A stretch of 64,000 nt of DNA. Source: Marsupella aquatica. Taxonomy: Eukaryota > Plantae > Marchantiophyta. Below are positions 11,484 to 25,121 of the stretch, in pieces. The notes beneath the pieces were generated by a model. It worked only from the letters and a program-made list of their open reading frames with translations. It had not been told where the DNA came from and did no database searches. Position 1 is the first letter of the stretch; every line of letters starts with the position of its first letter. The translations under genes and the position numbers were made by a program. The stretch is taken from assembly GCA_973895155.1 (NCBI GenBank), contig OZ316893.1, positions 23,706,015 to 23,770,014 on the forward strand, in the 5' to 3' direction.

Positions 11484-12289
11484 TATAAATTGTAGACCCC
11501 ACCATCTTCATGTATATTTTTATCGGCATTATCTTTTTATCGGCATTCTATGATTTTTCTCATTGTCCACAATTTCATGCAGTATACATATATATTGCTT
11601 AAAGTATGCCCCATATCTGAATCCATTAATTCCATGCAACCTAGACATTGTAAAACACTAAAGTCCCATACCATATCCCATTCAAATAACATCGGAAACA
11701 TATCGGACACACATCAGTACTGCCAAAGCAAAAAACCCTTTCCCATCCTCAAAGTATCGGATTTTCCCATACTATAACAATCGGAAGCCATTATCCAATA
11801 CTCCATGGATCGGACGCTTAAGCCCGCAGCCGAGGAGGGGTCCGATAGCAATTCCAACGGATAGTAACCAATATTTCAGCCTTCACAAATGTTTTCCGTT
11901 GTAATTAGTATCGCAAAAATATGTCCGATAATAATTGTATTGGTAAATGTCCGAAACCAACCCTATCGGAATTGGCTTCCGATACTATTATCATCGGATG
12001 TCTGAAAAACATTTCGGCTCTCAATTTGCAATACAGGAGGTTTCGGACATTGTCCGATATGCGGGGTATTGGATGAAGTTTTCGATACAAAACATATCGG
12101 ATAATAATGTCTGATGTTAGTAGTATCGGAAGTTCCGTAGCTAGGAGTATCGGACGTTTTCCGTTGTGTTTAGTATCAGGCGCGTTGAAAAACGCGTGTT
12201 TTGAGTTCGGAAAAGTGCCAAAAATGTACTAGTGTTCATAGAATATATCACAACTATTTCATGGATACTTATTACTAGCTGTACCACAG

Positions 12290-12291
<2 letters not shown>

Positions 12292-12320
<29 letters not shown>
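12292..12320. repeat. (TA)n microsatellite
   Basis: Directly visible. Confidence 0.95.
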
Positions 12321-12322
<2 letters not shown>

Positions 12323-15300
12323 TACGTTTCAACTTGAGTACTCATGTAGCCTGTATGTCCATATTCATCTAGCGCTGATTAATCTTAACTATTAATTTTC
12401 TATGCCTTTGAATTGTCTCACAATCCTCATTGACTAGGCCATTACTTCGATTATATTAATCACGAAGAGCGGTACTGTGAATATGGATTATATTTTCATG
12501 GAGTTGATATCATCCGTTATTGTCGTGGATATATATCACGTGGTAGAATTACTTTAAATGAACTGCCTTGTAATGCTGCTGTACAGGTGTTGATCTATAT
12601 AGAAAATAAGCTTGGAGATCACTACCACTTCTTCTTAAAGACACGCCCGCGCTATCCAAGTCACCAAGCAAAATTCAAGCTAGCTAGAGAGGCAGGATGA
12701 CCAAAGATGGTGATCAGTACTGCTGGTTACAAGGGGGAGGAAAGAAGCCTATCATGGATGGAAACAAGCTAGATAGCTATTACTGGATTCTTGAGAAATT
12801 TCAAGTTTGGTGGAAAAACTAAAAAGCAGATCGATGAGATAACAGGTAACGATTGACTCTAAAGTTACCTTATATTTTCAGGCTAGAAGGACTGATAACA
12901 GCCGGCCGAAGACAGAGCAAGAGAAAAAAACAGTTAACATCAAATAAACAGCATCTCAAAGCTTCAATTCCTATGTGTTTACAGACTCTCGCCAATCACT
13001 CAACCAGCATAAGGGAGAAATTCTTTCAAAGTACGGGTCTTGGCACCTACAATGGGCCTGATGGCCAAAGTCAAACCCAAGTCAAGCATTCCCAAATACC
13101 TCAGATCTGGAGTCCTCTCCAACTTTGTCTTCGGGTTTAGAGATAGCAGAGAGGTTGCTGTTTGATTTAATTTGGCGATTCTAGATTGATTAATTTATTG
13201 CTGCAGTGTCCTTGCCTCCCGATATTGGTATTCCAAATCTTGAGTTCTGCTCCAACATTTCCTTTCTACTTTGATGACATTTAGATTTCATCGATCTAAT
13301 TAACAGGCGCGCAGGCAGGAATCCTAGCTTTCCAGAGTTTCAAACTAGTTATACATGTATATACCTTACTTCATGGTAAACCAGAACTGGGCAGGAGGAT
13401 CCTGCAGGAGAGTGGAATTCTGCATGATCCAGAGGAAATGATAAATAAATTAAGCACATATATCAGGGCATGCGCGCTGGCGATAGCTAGGATACAGACC
13501 GAGTGGACGGGCTCATTTATGATCGAGTGACTAGCATAATCATAGTTTATATATTGGCTCCTTATTAGTTAGCTCTCAGCAAGTAAGTTGTACATAGCAT
13601 TTCAAAAGATTTTATATATATCATCTAGCTAGGTTTGAACCAACATACATGACAAGAGATCAAAATAATAACTAAGAAGAAAGAAATATCATGATCTGGA
13701 GATAGTTTCATTCAGTTATATGTTTTTGGCAATGGCTTTCAACTGAGCCCGCAGAACCTGGTAGCTTCCGACTTTCTTATTCAGCCCGCATACTTGTTTC
13801 ATGCATGGTTTTCAACTGAGCAACAGAACCACAGATAATCCCACGTGAATAACAAGGTGACCCACATACTTTTTTATTCAGAGGTACGTCGGAAACACAG
13901 AGATCGACAGGTGTACACTTAGCTAGCTGCATCTCCGTACTTGCCAAGAAGATAAGTAAACCCGTAAAACACCCACCTCTGTTATCTTTGTTGCAAACAA
14001 GTTGTAATCGGGGATAATTGTAGTCTGCCCATGGACTAGCTGAGATTAAACATGTAAGCTTTCTGAATAAAGTTATCATGAATTTCTACTTGACATCCGT
14101 CTGATATATGCATGCATGCAAGTACGTATATGAAAACGTTGTGTTCCGTACGTCGTAGAGAACTTGCTATTTCGATTCGATCGTGTGCCCGGCCAGTGCA
14201 AGTCTCCTTAATTTGGATTTGGACCTTGAATCTTCATGGTCTCCCCAAATTATATAAGGCCGGTGGATTGAGGGTCAATTAGTGCCCGGGTCAATGCTTG
14301 AATTAATTAAGGAGTCGACCTTGTTCTTTCTCGATGCTAAATAACCTGCCATGTTCAAATGATCTAGCTATTAAGTCTCAAACCAGGTCTAAAGAAACTC
14401 GTAATTATCACAAATTGGGCTACCACCCAAATACCTACAGTAAGGTTATCCCATAAGGATCTTTAAATTTCCTGTACTGTGCAATCTAGTTTCTTCGGGG
14501 TACGTACGTACTCATCAGAATAATTATAAACATGGGTGGACCTACTACAGCAATCAAGTTGATAGTTCATGTGCATCGAGATGTTTTCTCGATCCTGCAG
14601 GCCAGCTGCATTGAGTGGCATCCAGCAGTAAGTATATATTCGAGTCTTGGGTCTCCGTGCTGCTATACTGGACTAGCTGCTTAGTGGGTCTGCTTTGTTC
14701 ATCATTCTGCATGCTGTGAAGAATTACAGGTGGGTTGCCTTGCTAGCCTCGATCGATCAATGAAAACCTGTGCTTTTGCGAGCTACTTTTCCTGAATATT
14801 CTTCAGGGATAGTTGATGCCACCTTGGTTCTTCTGTTTGGAAAGAAGCTCGTCCTCTTAGGCAGAAGGAGTCTTGGACAACCCCGCTTCATGGGATCCCT
14901 TAAGTTCGATCTAGCTTGAGCCAACACTGCTCAGAGAAGAGGGTCCTCAATAATATGCTGGACATATTCCATCTATGAGCCAAGCTCATACTCGATCAGT
15001 GCTCATTAATGAAACCAGGTGTCCAATGTCAGGTAGCTAGTTAAGTTTTCCATATGGACATGCATACTCCTTGATCATGTGATTTCTTTCCCCTGACCTC
15101 AGTCCCCTTACATAAAACTACATACCATAAACATGCAAATTAAAGCTCTCTAAAAGCACTGTATTGTATGTACGGATGTAGCACTGTAATCTATATATAT
15201 ATACACAGCTTGCAACTAGGCCACAAAAGGAAACTCCGATGGGGAAATGCATTAAGCAGAAGCAACTCATAATCTTTATGTAGGCCTAGAATTTGGCCTC

Positions 15301-15506
15301 ACAAAATTTTAATAGTGTGATCGACCCAAGGTAGACATATATTTTAAAATTCACAGTTTTTGAACATCTGGAAGTCATTGTAGGAAAGAAAATTTTCACC
15401 ATTTCAATACTGTGCCACTACAGGACGAAATGCCGTGACTTGAGCTTTGAATATCAGGGGCTCCAGAGTCGTAATTTTTATAAAAACAATTAGTGCTATC
15501 CTTCGA

Positions 15507-16094
15507 TCAAAGAATCGAACAGTTCTTATGCCTCCTCTTTTTAGTCGACTTCTGGATTGACGGCTGGAGTACAACTCTTATAGCAGCCTCAAAAACTGCA
15601 TTCAGATTCTCCTGGGTCTTGGAGCTACACTCTACATAAGCAGCTGCTCTTATCTGCCTCTTTAGGTCCTCTCCTCGAGATCGTAAGAGACCTGAAGTAC
15701 CGGGTTGACCAGGTATGAACTTTTTGTCATCCCTTAAATCTTGTTTTGTTCCGACCAGGATTATTGGCACCCCAGGCGCATAATACCTCAACTCGGGAAT
15801 CCACTTCTTCGAGATATTCTCGAAGCTACCCGTGCTGATTAGAGAAAAGGCCAAAACAAAAACATCGGCATTCCGGTAGCTCAGAGGCCGCAGTCTATTG
15901 TAATCTTCTTGGCCTGCAGTGTCCCATAACCCAACATTGACTGTTTTGCCATCCAGTGCAACATCAGTGCAGAAGTTGTCGAACACAGTGGGGATGTAGT
16001 CTGTGGGGAAAGTGTTTCTGGTGTAGGAGATGAGCATGGAGGTCTTCCCCACACCACCGTCTCCTACAGTAACCACCTTGATGAACCTGCTCAT
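15507..16094 (-). CDS. ROP: Rho-of-plants (ROP/RAC) small GTPase, type I (CaaL), intronless; an in-frame upstream ATG at 16202 could add 36 aa
   Basis: [65 protein letters not shown], polybasic tail and terminal CSIL. Uninterrupted 195-aa ORF. Confidence 0.96.
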   Translation of the reverse strand: MSRFIKVVTVGDGGVGKTSMLISYTRNTFPTDYIPTVFDNFCTDVALDGKTVNVGLWDTAGQEDYNRLRPLSYRNADVFVLAFSLISTGSFENISKKWIPELRYYAPGVPIILVGTKQDLRDDKKFIPGQPGTSGLLRSRGEDLKRQIRAAAYVECSSKTQENLNAVFEAAIRVVLQPSIQKSTKKRRHKNCSIL

Positions 16095-16340
16095 TTTTGG
16101 CCCTAAGTAATTGATGCCCCAGCTAGGATTTAAAACCCTTTCATCAAGGAATCGCTCGTTTGGCTCCTCCTCAGAACCCAATAGACGATTATATGCTCCC
16201 ATTAGCGAAGATGCTCGATCTAATTAGGTTGGTTTTGAGTAGCAACTCTAACAAATGTCCACACAAGACACCAGGGCCTGGCTAAAGACTAATTCCCTTA
16301 TACTTTTACATGTGACAACCCAGTTAGGGTTTCCAAACCC

Positions 16341-16342
<2 letters not shown>

Positions 16343-16386
<44 letters not shown>
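16343..16386. repeat. (CT)n/(GA)n microsatellite upstream of ROP
   Basis: Directly visible. Replaced by a short TA run in the duplicate (~24543). Confidence 0.95.
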
Positions 16387-16388
<2 letters not shown>

Positions 16389-19300
16389 CAGGTTGAGGCC
16401 CCCAGCTTGATGGCACCAGAAATCAGCAACAATACAATGAACACCAGAGACGAAAAGACACTAACTGACATCCTGAAATTATTGTGCAACATATCTCCCT
16501 TTCTCTTGCTTAAATGCGTTCTCTCTCCAGTCATTTGTCAGTCATACATGGCTCCCCTGCTTTACTTCCTTGCTAGTTTTTAAGTACGTACGTAGTTCCC
16601 TAAAATGAACCTGCCAAGGCTTACTTATAATGTAGCTAATAACGCCGCCCAGTGCAGCTCGAGCTTAGAGAGGAGCCCTAGGCCGTGACTCTTCGTCTGA
16701 CCTATGGCAAAACGACCCCTGGTGGGTGGGGGCACACCAGGACACAGGAGAGGAGTCGATTAGGGACAGAGTAGGGGACAGCCTGCCGAGAGAAGAGGTG
16801 GTGGCGGCACGAGGGGAAAAGGAGATGGGACTCCGTTTGTGGCCTCCAAGAAGCGTGTGTAGTCGCCCTAGTTTACCCTGGAGTCTGCGCCTTTCCCAAA
16901 CCCCCGTAATCATTAACTCAGGAACGGGTAAGGTCCCCGGTAAGGTCTCTTTAAAGAGATTTAAAGAAATTTAAAGAGACCACCAGGCTATCATCTGGAG
17001 CCTGGCTCTCTTGATCACGCCATCTTCGAGCTGGGACTGCTCTACTCCCCAAACTCAGGAGGTACTTACATTGTTTCGTGTCCCGGATTAGAATCACCAC
17101 AACCTCTTGGACGAGGCCCGGGAGGAGGTGACTATGGCCCAGCACAACGAGGTGGGGGAGCTCCATGAGTTTGTGTCAAGTGACGGATATTTTCCAAGCA
17201 ACAGTGGCCAAGGCCAGGCACTCCAAGTCCAGCAGGTGGACACAAGCAGGAGTCAGGAAGGGAAGGATACGGAGCTGCAGTGGCTGCGATCAAGTGACAG
17301 AAGACACAAGCCTTTCCCTTGTAGCGGTGGAGTACGAATTGGTAACGCAGGAGAGAAAAGACCATCTGCCAAATCGATTTAAGCTGGGGTGGATTCAACT
17401 GCTGCATCTGGAGAAGATGTAAATCCGCTCTTCGATTAATGTCAGTATAACTGAGACTACTCTAGTGAAACTTTGCTGCCTGCAAAGGTGTTCCTTGAAA
17501 ATGCATGTCATCTTGCATTGCACGGGTTCGTTAACGCTTAGGAAATGAGTGGGCATATGTGAAATTTCCAGATTACTGTAACTTGACTGCAGCATCGTGC
17601 GCTACCTGCGCTAAGCCATGATGATTAATAGAATAGACTACTGATCAATTCAATACTGATATATGACATTTGTACAAGACAATAATTTCAAAGTTAAAGA
17701 GTGAAATTTCGTATTCACCTCGCTTCGACTTTATTGATGTGTATCTTAATGTGTAAGCTGCGTTTTATACTGACCAGAGCTTAAGAGAGGATTAGATCTC
17801 TAGAGATATTTTGTGTTTGGGAAGATTGCTGAGCAAGATGCTTTGGATTCAAAGAGCAGTTTTGATCTCTTGAAGAAAGGAGGAAGATTTTCCGAGGATG
17901 CTACTTCGATTTTCACCAAGCGTTTTGTAGATAGTTCCTCTTCAGAAAAGAATGATTAGGTAAGGTGAAAGAGGAAGAGAGATGGATAGTCAGTGATGAG
18001 AGTGATGAGTCATTCTGAGTCCACAATCGATGTAAAACTTGGGTTCTTTAATTCCGGCTTTTGGCTCGATTTGCAGAAAAGTTTCTAAATTTAAGCCTTC
18101 GTAGTTCCCCTACTTCAAAGCATAACTCAAAGAATGCTACAAGATTATTGGAGAAAGAATGAAATTATTCCCTCCGTGCTGCTAGCTGCTATACTGGACT
18201 AGCTGCCTAGTGGGTCTGCTTTGTTCATCATTCTGCATGCTGTGAAGAGTTACAGGTGGGTTGCCTTGCTATCCTCAATGAAAACCTGTGCTTTTGCAAG
18301 CTCCTTTTCCTGAATTAATATTCTTCAGGGTTAGTTGATGCCACCTTGGTTCTTCTGTTTGGAAAGAAGCTCGTCCTCTTAGGCAGAAGCTAGGAGTCTT
18401 GGACAACCCCGCTTCATGGGATCCCTTAAGTTCGATCTAGCTTGAGCAAACACTGCCCAGGGAAGAGGGTCCTCAATAATATGCTGGACATATTCGATCT
18501 ATGAGCCAAGCTCATACTCATCAGTGCTCATTAATGAAACCAAGTGTCTAATGTCACGTAGCTAGTTATGTTTTCTTGGAACTTTCTGGAGAGTTTTGAT
18601 GTTGTAATTCATATGGACATGCATCATGTCCTGAGTCTGAATTTGTATTCTCTTCTCATGTACCTTGTAAGTACGTGGGCAGTGGCCCCTTCATGGATTG
18701 TATGGGTCATTAAGCAATATGTATCCATTGCTAGGGGTTTCCGCTTACTTATCAATGTCACAGTAAATAAAACTGTACATGCAACAGCTCAATCGCAAGT
18801 GTTGTGGCTTGAAAGCCAATTTTGTTTTTAGAGAGAAATTAAGGTACCTAGCCTTAGAATTGTAATAATCCAAACGGGTCTATTGAGTGAAACTGAGCCC
18901 CAATCGGGGTGGGGTTCGGAGGGCCCTTAATAGCTCCGGATTTTTGCAATCCAGCCTCCAGTAGTGAAGTAGTGAAAGAGGGAGCAACGTAAGTAGTGTT
19001 TAGAACTAGAGGGGGGAATTTTAATGCTAAAGAAAAAGAAAACTAGTAGTGGGGTCTGTTCACAGGTAAGTTTCATATTAATTACATTACACTTGATTGG
19101 GGCCAGGCTAGGGAGTTGGGTCCCGAGTTGGGCTCTTGTTCATCATATAGTGGATGGGAGTCAGAGGTCTCTTTGTGACGAGTATATATGAGAGTTTTTG
19201 CTTTGTCTTACAAAGTCATATTGAATCAGATTTATGCTTGATATCTGTCCAGGATAAATTAACGTATATATATATTGCCCTGATGGTTCCTTTGTTGGTG

Positions 19301-19569
19301 CCATCGTTGACTGTTGTCCCGTCACAATGGTAATGATCTCATTGCATTCATTAAATAGCCCATTTTCCTTACTACATCATGGGTTGGAACGTCTTCATCT
19401 CTAGAGTAGAAATTAAAAGAAGAAAAAAGGCCCATCAAATCCGGGTTTAAGGTCATCCATATAAAGGAAAGAGTTTAGGATAGCTAGTTGCAGGTAGACC
19501 AGAATGTAAGAAAATTTGTATTCAAAAACTTATATGAAACCTTGTCATGATGAATGACTCATCTGGTGT

Positions 19570-20000
19570 GACAATTTTTTTAGCTATGAGTCACACAGGA
19601 CTCAACAGGAGCTCTTCACTTACATGGATGAACACTAATTTAACAACTAAGGCTCTCCTACAATGCGCCTGCATGGCCAACTCCATGTCCTTAATTGGGC
19701 ATGATGGTCACCCTCTTAATTTGCGAGTATTTGCACTCAAGTTGTTGGCCTCAGAGATATATACCAACCAAATCTACTCATTCATCATGTGTGACCAATT
19801 TTAGCTATGAGTCAAACAGGACTCAGCAAGAGCTCTTCACTTACATGGATATATGAACACTAATTTAACAAGGCTCTCCTACAATGCGCCTGCATGGCCA
19901 ACTCCATGTCCTTAATTGGGCATCATGGTCACCCATTTGCGAGTATTTGCACTCTTAAGTTGTTGGCCTCAGATCGAGATATCCAACCAACCAAATCTAC
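19570..20000. repeat. ~220-bp tandem duplication (2 units)
   Basis: tttagctatgagtca...ggctctcctacaatgcgcctgcatggccaactccatgtccttaattgggcat...caaccaaatctac occurs twice. Confidence 0.9.
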
Positions 20001-22391
20001 CTCTGCTGCATCATAAATGACAAGAACTGCGCGACTCTGGAAGTAGGTCTTGAAGTCCTGAGCTATTTCACGAACCAGTCCCCTGGCCTGAGAAGGGGGG
20101 AAGAGCCGGTCAATTCCCTGCCCTCTGGCGGCTGAGTACCTGGATTCATTTCCCTGAACTAGCAGAGGTCAGACGACGTACAGGAGCTATTCCAGTCCTC
20201 GTAGCTCCTCCTCTATTAGTATCAAATCGGATATACTTTCAAAATGACTTCTCTGTAACCCGCAAGTGCCCTTCAATTGAAAAATGAAGGGTGGCAGTCG
20301 GACCAGGGCCTCCCAAATGGTCAAGACCTTAGTTCCATCGAAATAAAGCTCCTTCACAAAGCGCTCGTCAGTGGTACGTCCATCAATGGGCAAGGTAAGA
20401 TCAGTGACACAATGACGCCCCGCGATGCGCCTAATGTGTCTAGCAAACCTCCGTTCCTCAGCAGCTTTCACCGGGTTGAGGTCCGAATTGGTCTTCGCGA
20501 GTTGGAGACCGCAACGAACAAAAGTTTCCCAAAATGCGTAAGCCGTAGCTGCCATAATTCTCTCGGGAGATCTGATCGCAATCCTCTCAGAATTAGTAGA
20601 AATGAGTCCACCGAGCAGGGCTGGCGTTCTCATTTACCCCCTTTGCACCTCGGTCTGGGCTGTCAAGCGTGCAGACCAGTACGTCACCAACTACAGAGAA
20701 TGAATCCACAAGCCTGAGAGAGTGCCTTCACGATAACAAGGGAGTGTCAAAAGGATTCTTGGGTGTCGCTTGAGATTGTGAGGAAGACTGGGTAGCCGGA
20801 TTGTCGTAAATAGGCGCCAAGCAAGGTCGCAAGCAAGGAGGCCCCAATTTTTATTGTGTTCCCTGTCAGTTGATCATGTACAATTTTGTGTCCACTATTT
20901 GCACATGCATGGATAGTCTAGACAAGATCCACAGCTAGCCTAGACATGTGACCAGACTAGTTAGTTGCATGAGAGGTTATCTTCGTCTCTATTCATATGC
21001 AAGTTATGGACACAAAATTTTCTGGTACATGATAAACTGACCATGGACAACATGAACCATGTCATTGATCAACTGGGGAGTCTTTCCTTGGCGCACAATT
21101 ATTTAAGACAATCAGCTGGTGCGCTTCCAAGTCTTACTCATACTCTCATGCACATGGCAAAATGGACCAGCTCCTATGTTGGTAAAACTCCCACTTAGGG
21201 ATGGGCTTAGGGACCCCTTTCCCTAGCATGCTGACACTAAAGTGAGGAAAAACGCAAAGTGTGTACACAAGAAGCTATATGCAATCTTTTTTTAAATTAG
21301 TAGTACAAAGAATATCCCCACTTCAAAGGTAAGAATTCAACCAAGTAAGAATATTCCCTGGAGAGAAACCTAGAGATAAAAGACAGGAGAACAATAGACG
21401 GGACTCTAGACCACCTGCCCGCAATTTTTGGGGTAGTGGCACTTCGAGTGGTTTCTGGCTGTTGGTGGGAGAGGAGGAATCAGGGGCAGCCTCCTCCCCT
21501 TTTCTGTACGTGCTCCTTTTTTACTGGGTGGAATTTACCCCTGTGTTAGTTGATGGGGCTGACCCCTCCCTTTATTGAAAAAAAAATGAACACAAAAGAT
21601 TTAATTAGCCAAATCCACTTAATACCAGGGTAAAATACCAACAGTGTGGTACTTAAGTATTGTCTTTTTGTAAGGAAAGTGAAGCCAGGATGGATGTTCA
21701 TGCAAAAACATAAAATGAAAGCTAGGTTGAATTGCATATATGCTGTCATAAATAATTTCCAATCTCAGTCAGTGTGGGAAAATTATTGATCTTAAGGTTC
21801 CTTCTTTTCAAAAATCAGTGACTTAGTTCCCTGCTTAGCATCTTACTAAGTACTATATATAATTCCCTATCCCGCCAAAAGTGGTGGGTCGTCCGTTTAC
21901 AAAATCACTTTTGAAGGGAACATTCCATGACCATTGGATTTATAAGGTCCTCTTTTATCTCAGCCTCATTAGCCAAAAAAATACTCCCTAACCCAAAGCA
22001 AGCAAGTCAAAGTATTTTGGTATGCACAAAATGCTCTAAGAGGAGAATGATGGCATATGCTCTATGTGAGTGTCATGTGTTGTCATTGGAATGGGGCACT
22101 TGGAACACCATTATGATGGGATAGAGATTAGGAGACATAGAGTTCAAAGTAGGGATCGGAGGATAATTAATGATGCACACATGGGTGAATGGATGAATAG
22201 GATCGTACCCTCCCATATATAAGTACAAGATAGGGGGATGAAACACAGTGGAGCAAAGGAAGGTGAAAATAAAGAAAATAGTAATAAGGCAATAAGAGAG
22301 AAAAAGAGGAGAAAAGGGACAGCCATGATTTTTTTAAGAAGGGGGGTCAAGAAGGGAGAGGCAGCCCAAGGAAAGGGGAAAATGAGGCCTT

Positions 22392-22430
22392 GAGGAGGAG
22401 GGGGGTTGTCACCCTACCCCTAGGGTTGTG
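22392..22430 (+). mobile_element. Possible polypurine tract and TG start of an LTR remnant
   Basis: gaggaggagggggg followed by t-TGTCAC at 22407. No gag/pol and no partner LTR recognised. Confidence 0.3.
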
Positions 22431-22639
22431 TGAATGTGTCTGCTTTTATTGTCATCACCTATCTCCTGTATCACTTGCAACAATAATTTTTGACATTGAT
22501 ATCTATTACAAGTGACATCTTTCACGCAATGACATGTTTTTTGCAATATACAAGTATTGAACACGACCACAACAAGTGCATGATTAGAATCGCACATAAG
22601 ATTTCTCAATAATTACATTGCAATTTAGCCTATATGTTT

Positions 22640-23105
22640 TTGCCTCAACTTGACATATTTTCTCCCCTTGCCATCTTTTTCTCACCGTGATATCTTTCTC
22701 TCATCGCATCTTTTCTCTCCTCGACATCTTTTTCTAACTTCAACATTGTTTTCTTGCCATCACATCCTCTAATTAGCTCGACTTCTTTTTCTCAGCTTGA
22801 TGACATCGTTTCTCCTCTTCAACATTATTTTTCACCTCAATATTTTATCTTTTTATCATCTCGCCATTTTTTCTCACCTTCACAAATTTTTTTCTCATCT
22901 TGCCATTTTTTTCACCTTGACATGTTATTTTTATCTCGACATCTTGATTTCATCACAACATCTTCTTCTCATCTTAACATTTTTTCTCACCTTGTCGTCT
23001 TTTCTCCTCTCACATCGTTTCTCATCTACACTTCTTTTATCTCATTTGGACATATTTTTTTCACCTTGACATCTTTATCTGGTCAGAATGTATTTTTCTC
23101 ACTTT
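22640..23105. repeat. Degenerate pyrimidine-rich ~20-bp tandem repeats (gacatctttttctcacctt-like)
   Basis: Directly visible low-complexity array. Confidence 0.8.
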
Positions 23106-23713
23106 AGCATGGGGCTAGTTAACTACAAGTAGAGTGGGGTCTACAATTACTTGGCAGATTTGAACCTGTCCCCCTGGTTTGCCCCGATGACTGCCTGACC
23201 TCATGCTGGTAACATCCAATTCGATGAAATCTAAAACATCTATCTTTCTTGATGCGCGCATGTACGTACATCCACTTTCCTTGATCGTGTGATTTTGTTC
23301 CCCTGACCTCAGTCCCCTTACATAAGATTACATACCCTAGACATGCAAAGTTCTCTAAAAGCACTATAATGTATAAACGGATGTCAGCACCGTAATTTAT
23401 ACATATACATAGCTTACAACTAGGCCACAAAAAGAAACTCGATCCGATGGGGAAATTCATTAAGCAGAAGCAACTCATAATCTTTATGTAGGTTTAGAAT
23501 TTGGCCTCCCAATATTTTATTAGTGTGATCGACCCAAGGTAGACATATATTTCGAAATTCACAGTTTTCGAACATCAGGAAGTCATTGTAGGAAAGAAAA
23601 CTTCAACCATTTCAATACTGTCCCACTACAGGACGAAATGCCGTGACTTGAGCTTTGAATATCAGGGGCTCCAGAGTCGTAAAATTTTTACTAAATTCGT
23701 GCTATCATTCGAT

Positions 23714-24305
23714 CAAAGAATCAAACAGTTCTTGTGCTTCCTCTTTTTCGTCGACTTCTGGATTGAATTGACGGCTGGAGTACAACTCTTGTAGCAGCCT
23801 CAAAAACTGCATTCAAATTCTCTTGGGTCTTGGAGCTACACTCTACATAAGCAGCTGCTCTTATCTGCCTCTTTGGGTCCTCTCCTCGAGATCGTAAGAG
23901 ACCTGAAGTACTGGGTTGGCCAGCTATGAACTTTTTGTCATCCCTTAAATATTGTTTTGTTCCAACCAGGATTATTGGCACCCAGGCGCATAATACCTCA
24001 ACTCGGGAATCCACTTCTTCGAGATATTCTCGGAAGCTAACTGTGCTGATCAGAGAAAAGGCCAAAACAAAAACATCGGCATTCCGGTAGCTCAGAGGCT
24101 GCAGTCTATTGTAATCTTCTTGGCCTGCAGTGTCCCATAACCCAACATTGACTGTTTTGCCATCCAGTGCAACATCAGTGCAGAAGTTGTCGAACACAGT
24201 GGGGATGTAGTCTGTGGGGAAAGTGTTTCTGGTGTAGGAGATGAGCATGGAGGTCTTCCCCACACCACCGTCTCCTACAGTAACCACCTTGATGAACCTG
24301 CTCAT
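23714..24305 (-). pseudogene. ROP: Duplicated ROP GTPase, frameshifted (likely pseudogene)
   Basis: Paralog of 15507-16094 with +1 (~24032), -1 (~23981) and +5 (attga duplication, ~23762-23771) indels. The CaaL motif is lost. Confidence 0.9.
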
Positions 24306-25121
24306 TTTTGGCCCTTAGTAATTGATGCCCCAGCTAGGATTTAAAAACCTTTCATCAAGGAATCCCTCGTTTGGCTCCTCCTCAGAACCCAATAGACGAT
24401 CATATGCTCCCATTAGCGAAGTACTCTAATTAGGTTGGTTTTGAGTAGCAACTCTAACAAATGTCAACACAAGACACCAGGACCTGGCTAAAGACTAATT
24501 CCCTTGTACTTTTACATGTGACAACCCAGTTAGGGTTTCCAAATATATATATAACAAAGGCAGGTTGAGGCCCCCAGCTTGGTGGCACCAGAAATCAGCA
24601 ACAATATAATGAACACCAGAGAGGAAAAGACACTAACTGACATCCTGAAATTATTGTGCAACATATCTCCCTTTCTCTTGCTTAAATGCGTTCTCTCTTC
24701 TCCAGTCATTTGTCAGTCATGCTTGGCTCCCCTTCTTTACTTCCTTGCTAGTTTTTAAGTACGACGTACTTTCCTAAAATGAACCTGCCAAGGCTTACTT
24801 AGACTGTAGCTAATAACGCCGCCCAGTGCAGCTCAAGCTTAGAGAGGAGCCCTAGGCCGTGACTCTTCGTCTGACCTATGGCAAAACGACCCCTGGTGGG
24901 TGGGGGCACACCAGGACACAGGAGAGGAGTCGATTAGGGACAGGAGTAGGGGACAGCCTGCCTAGAGAAGAGGTGGCGGTGGAGGCATGAGAGGAAAAGG
25001 AGATGGGGCTTCGTTTGTGGCCTCCAAGAAGCGTGTGTAGTCGCCCTAGCCTACCCTGGAGCCTGCGCCTTTCCCAACCCCCCTAATCATTAACTCAGGC
25101 ACGGGTAAGGTCTCTTTAAAA

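Larger units (their letters stand above)
4167..12234 (+). mobile_element. 3' part of a conventional CACTA (En/Spm) element, interrupted at 4621-10841
   Basis: Contains transposase C-terminal fragments, dense subterminal tatcgga/tccgata motifs (~11690-12200), and the terminus ...aaaatgtacTAGTG at 12230-12234. Confidence 0.85.
14655..16955. repeat. Copy 1 of a local tandem segmental duplication containing the ROP gene
   Basis: 14655-15050 matches 18172-18630, and 15068-16955 matches 23278-25120. The second copy is split by ~4.6 kb of other sequence. Confidence 0.88.

Noticed and set aside
16665-17595. Cluster of short GC-rich ORFs upstream of ROP
   Set aside because: No recognisable domain, and the duplicate copy has indels in the shared part.
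20187-20717. 148-aa and 146-aa opposite-strand ORFs, possibly a LINE remnant
   Set aside because: No RT, endonuclease or clear zinc-knuckle motif could be confirmed.
20864-21236. Possible solo LTR (tgtcag...ctgaca)
   Set aside because: No TSD, no primer-binding site and no second copy in the window.
22754-23107. Phe/Ser/His-rich ORFs
   Set aside because: Artefact of the pyrimidine-rich tandem repeat.
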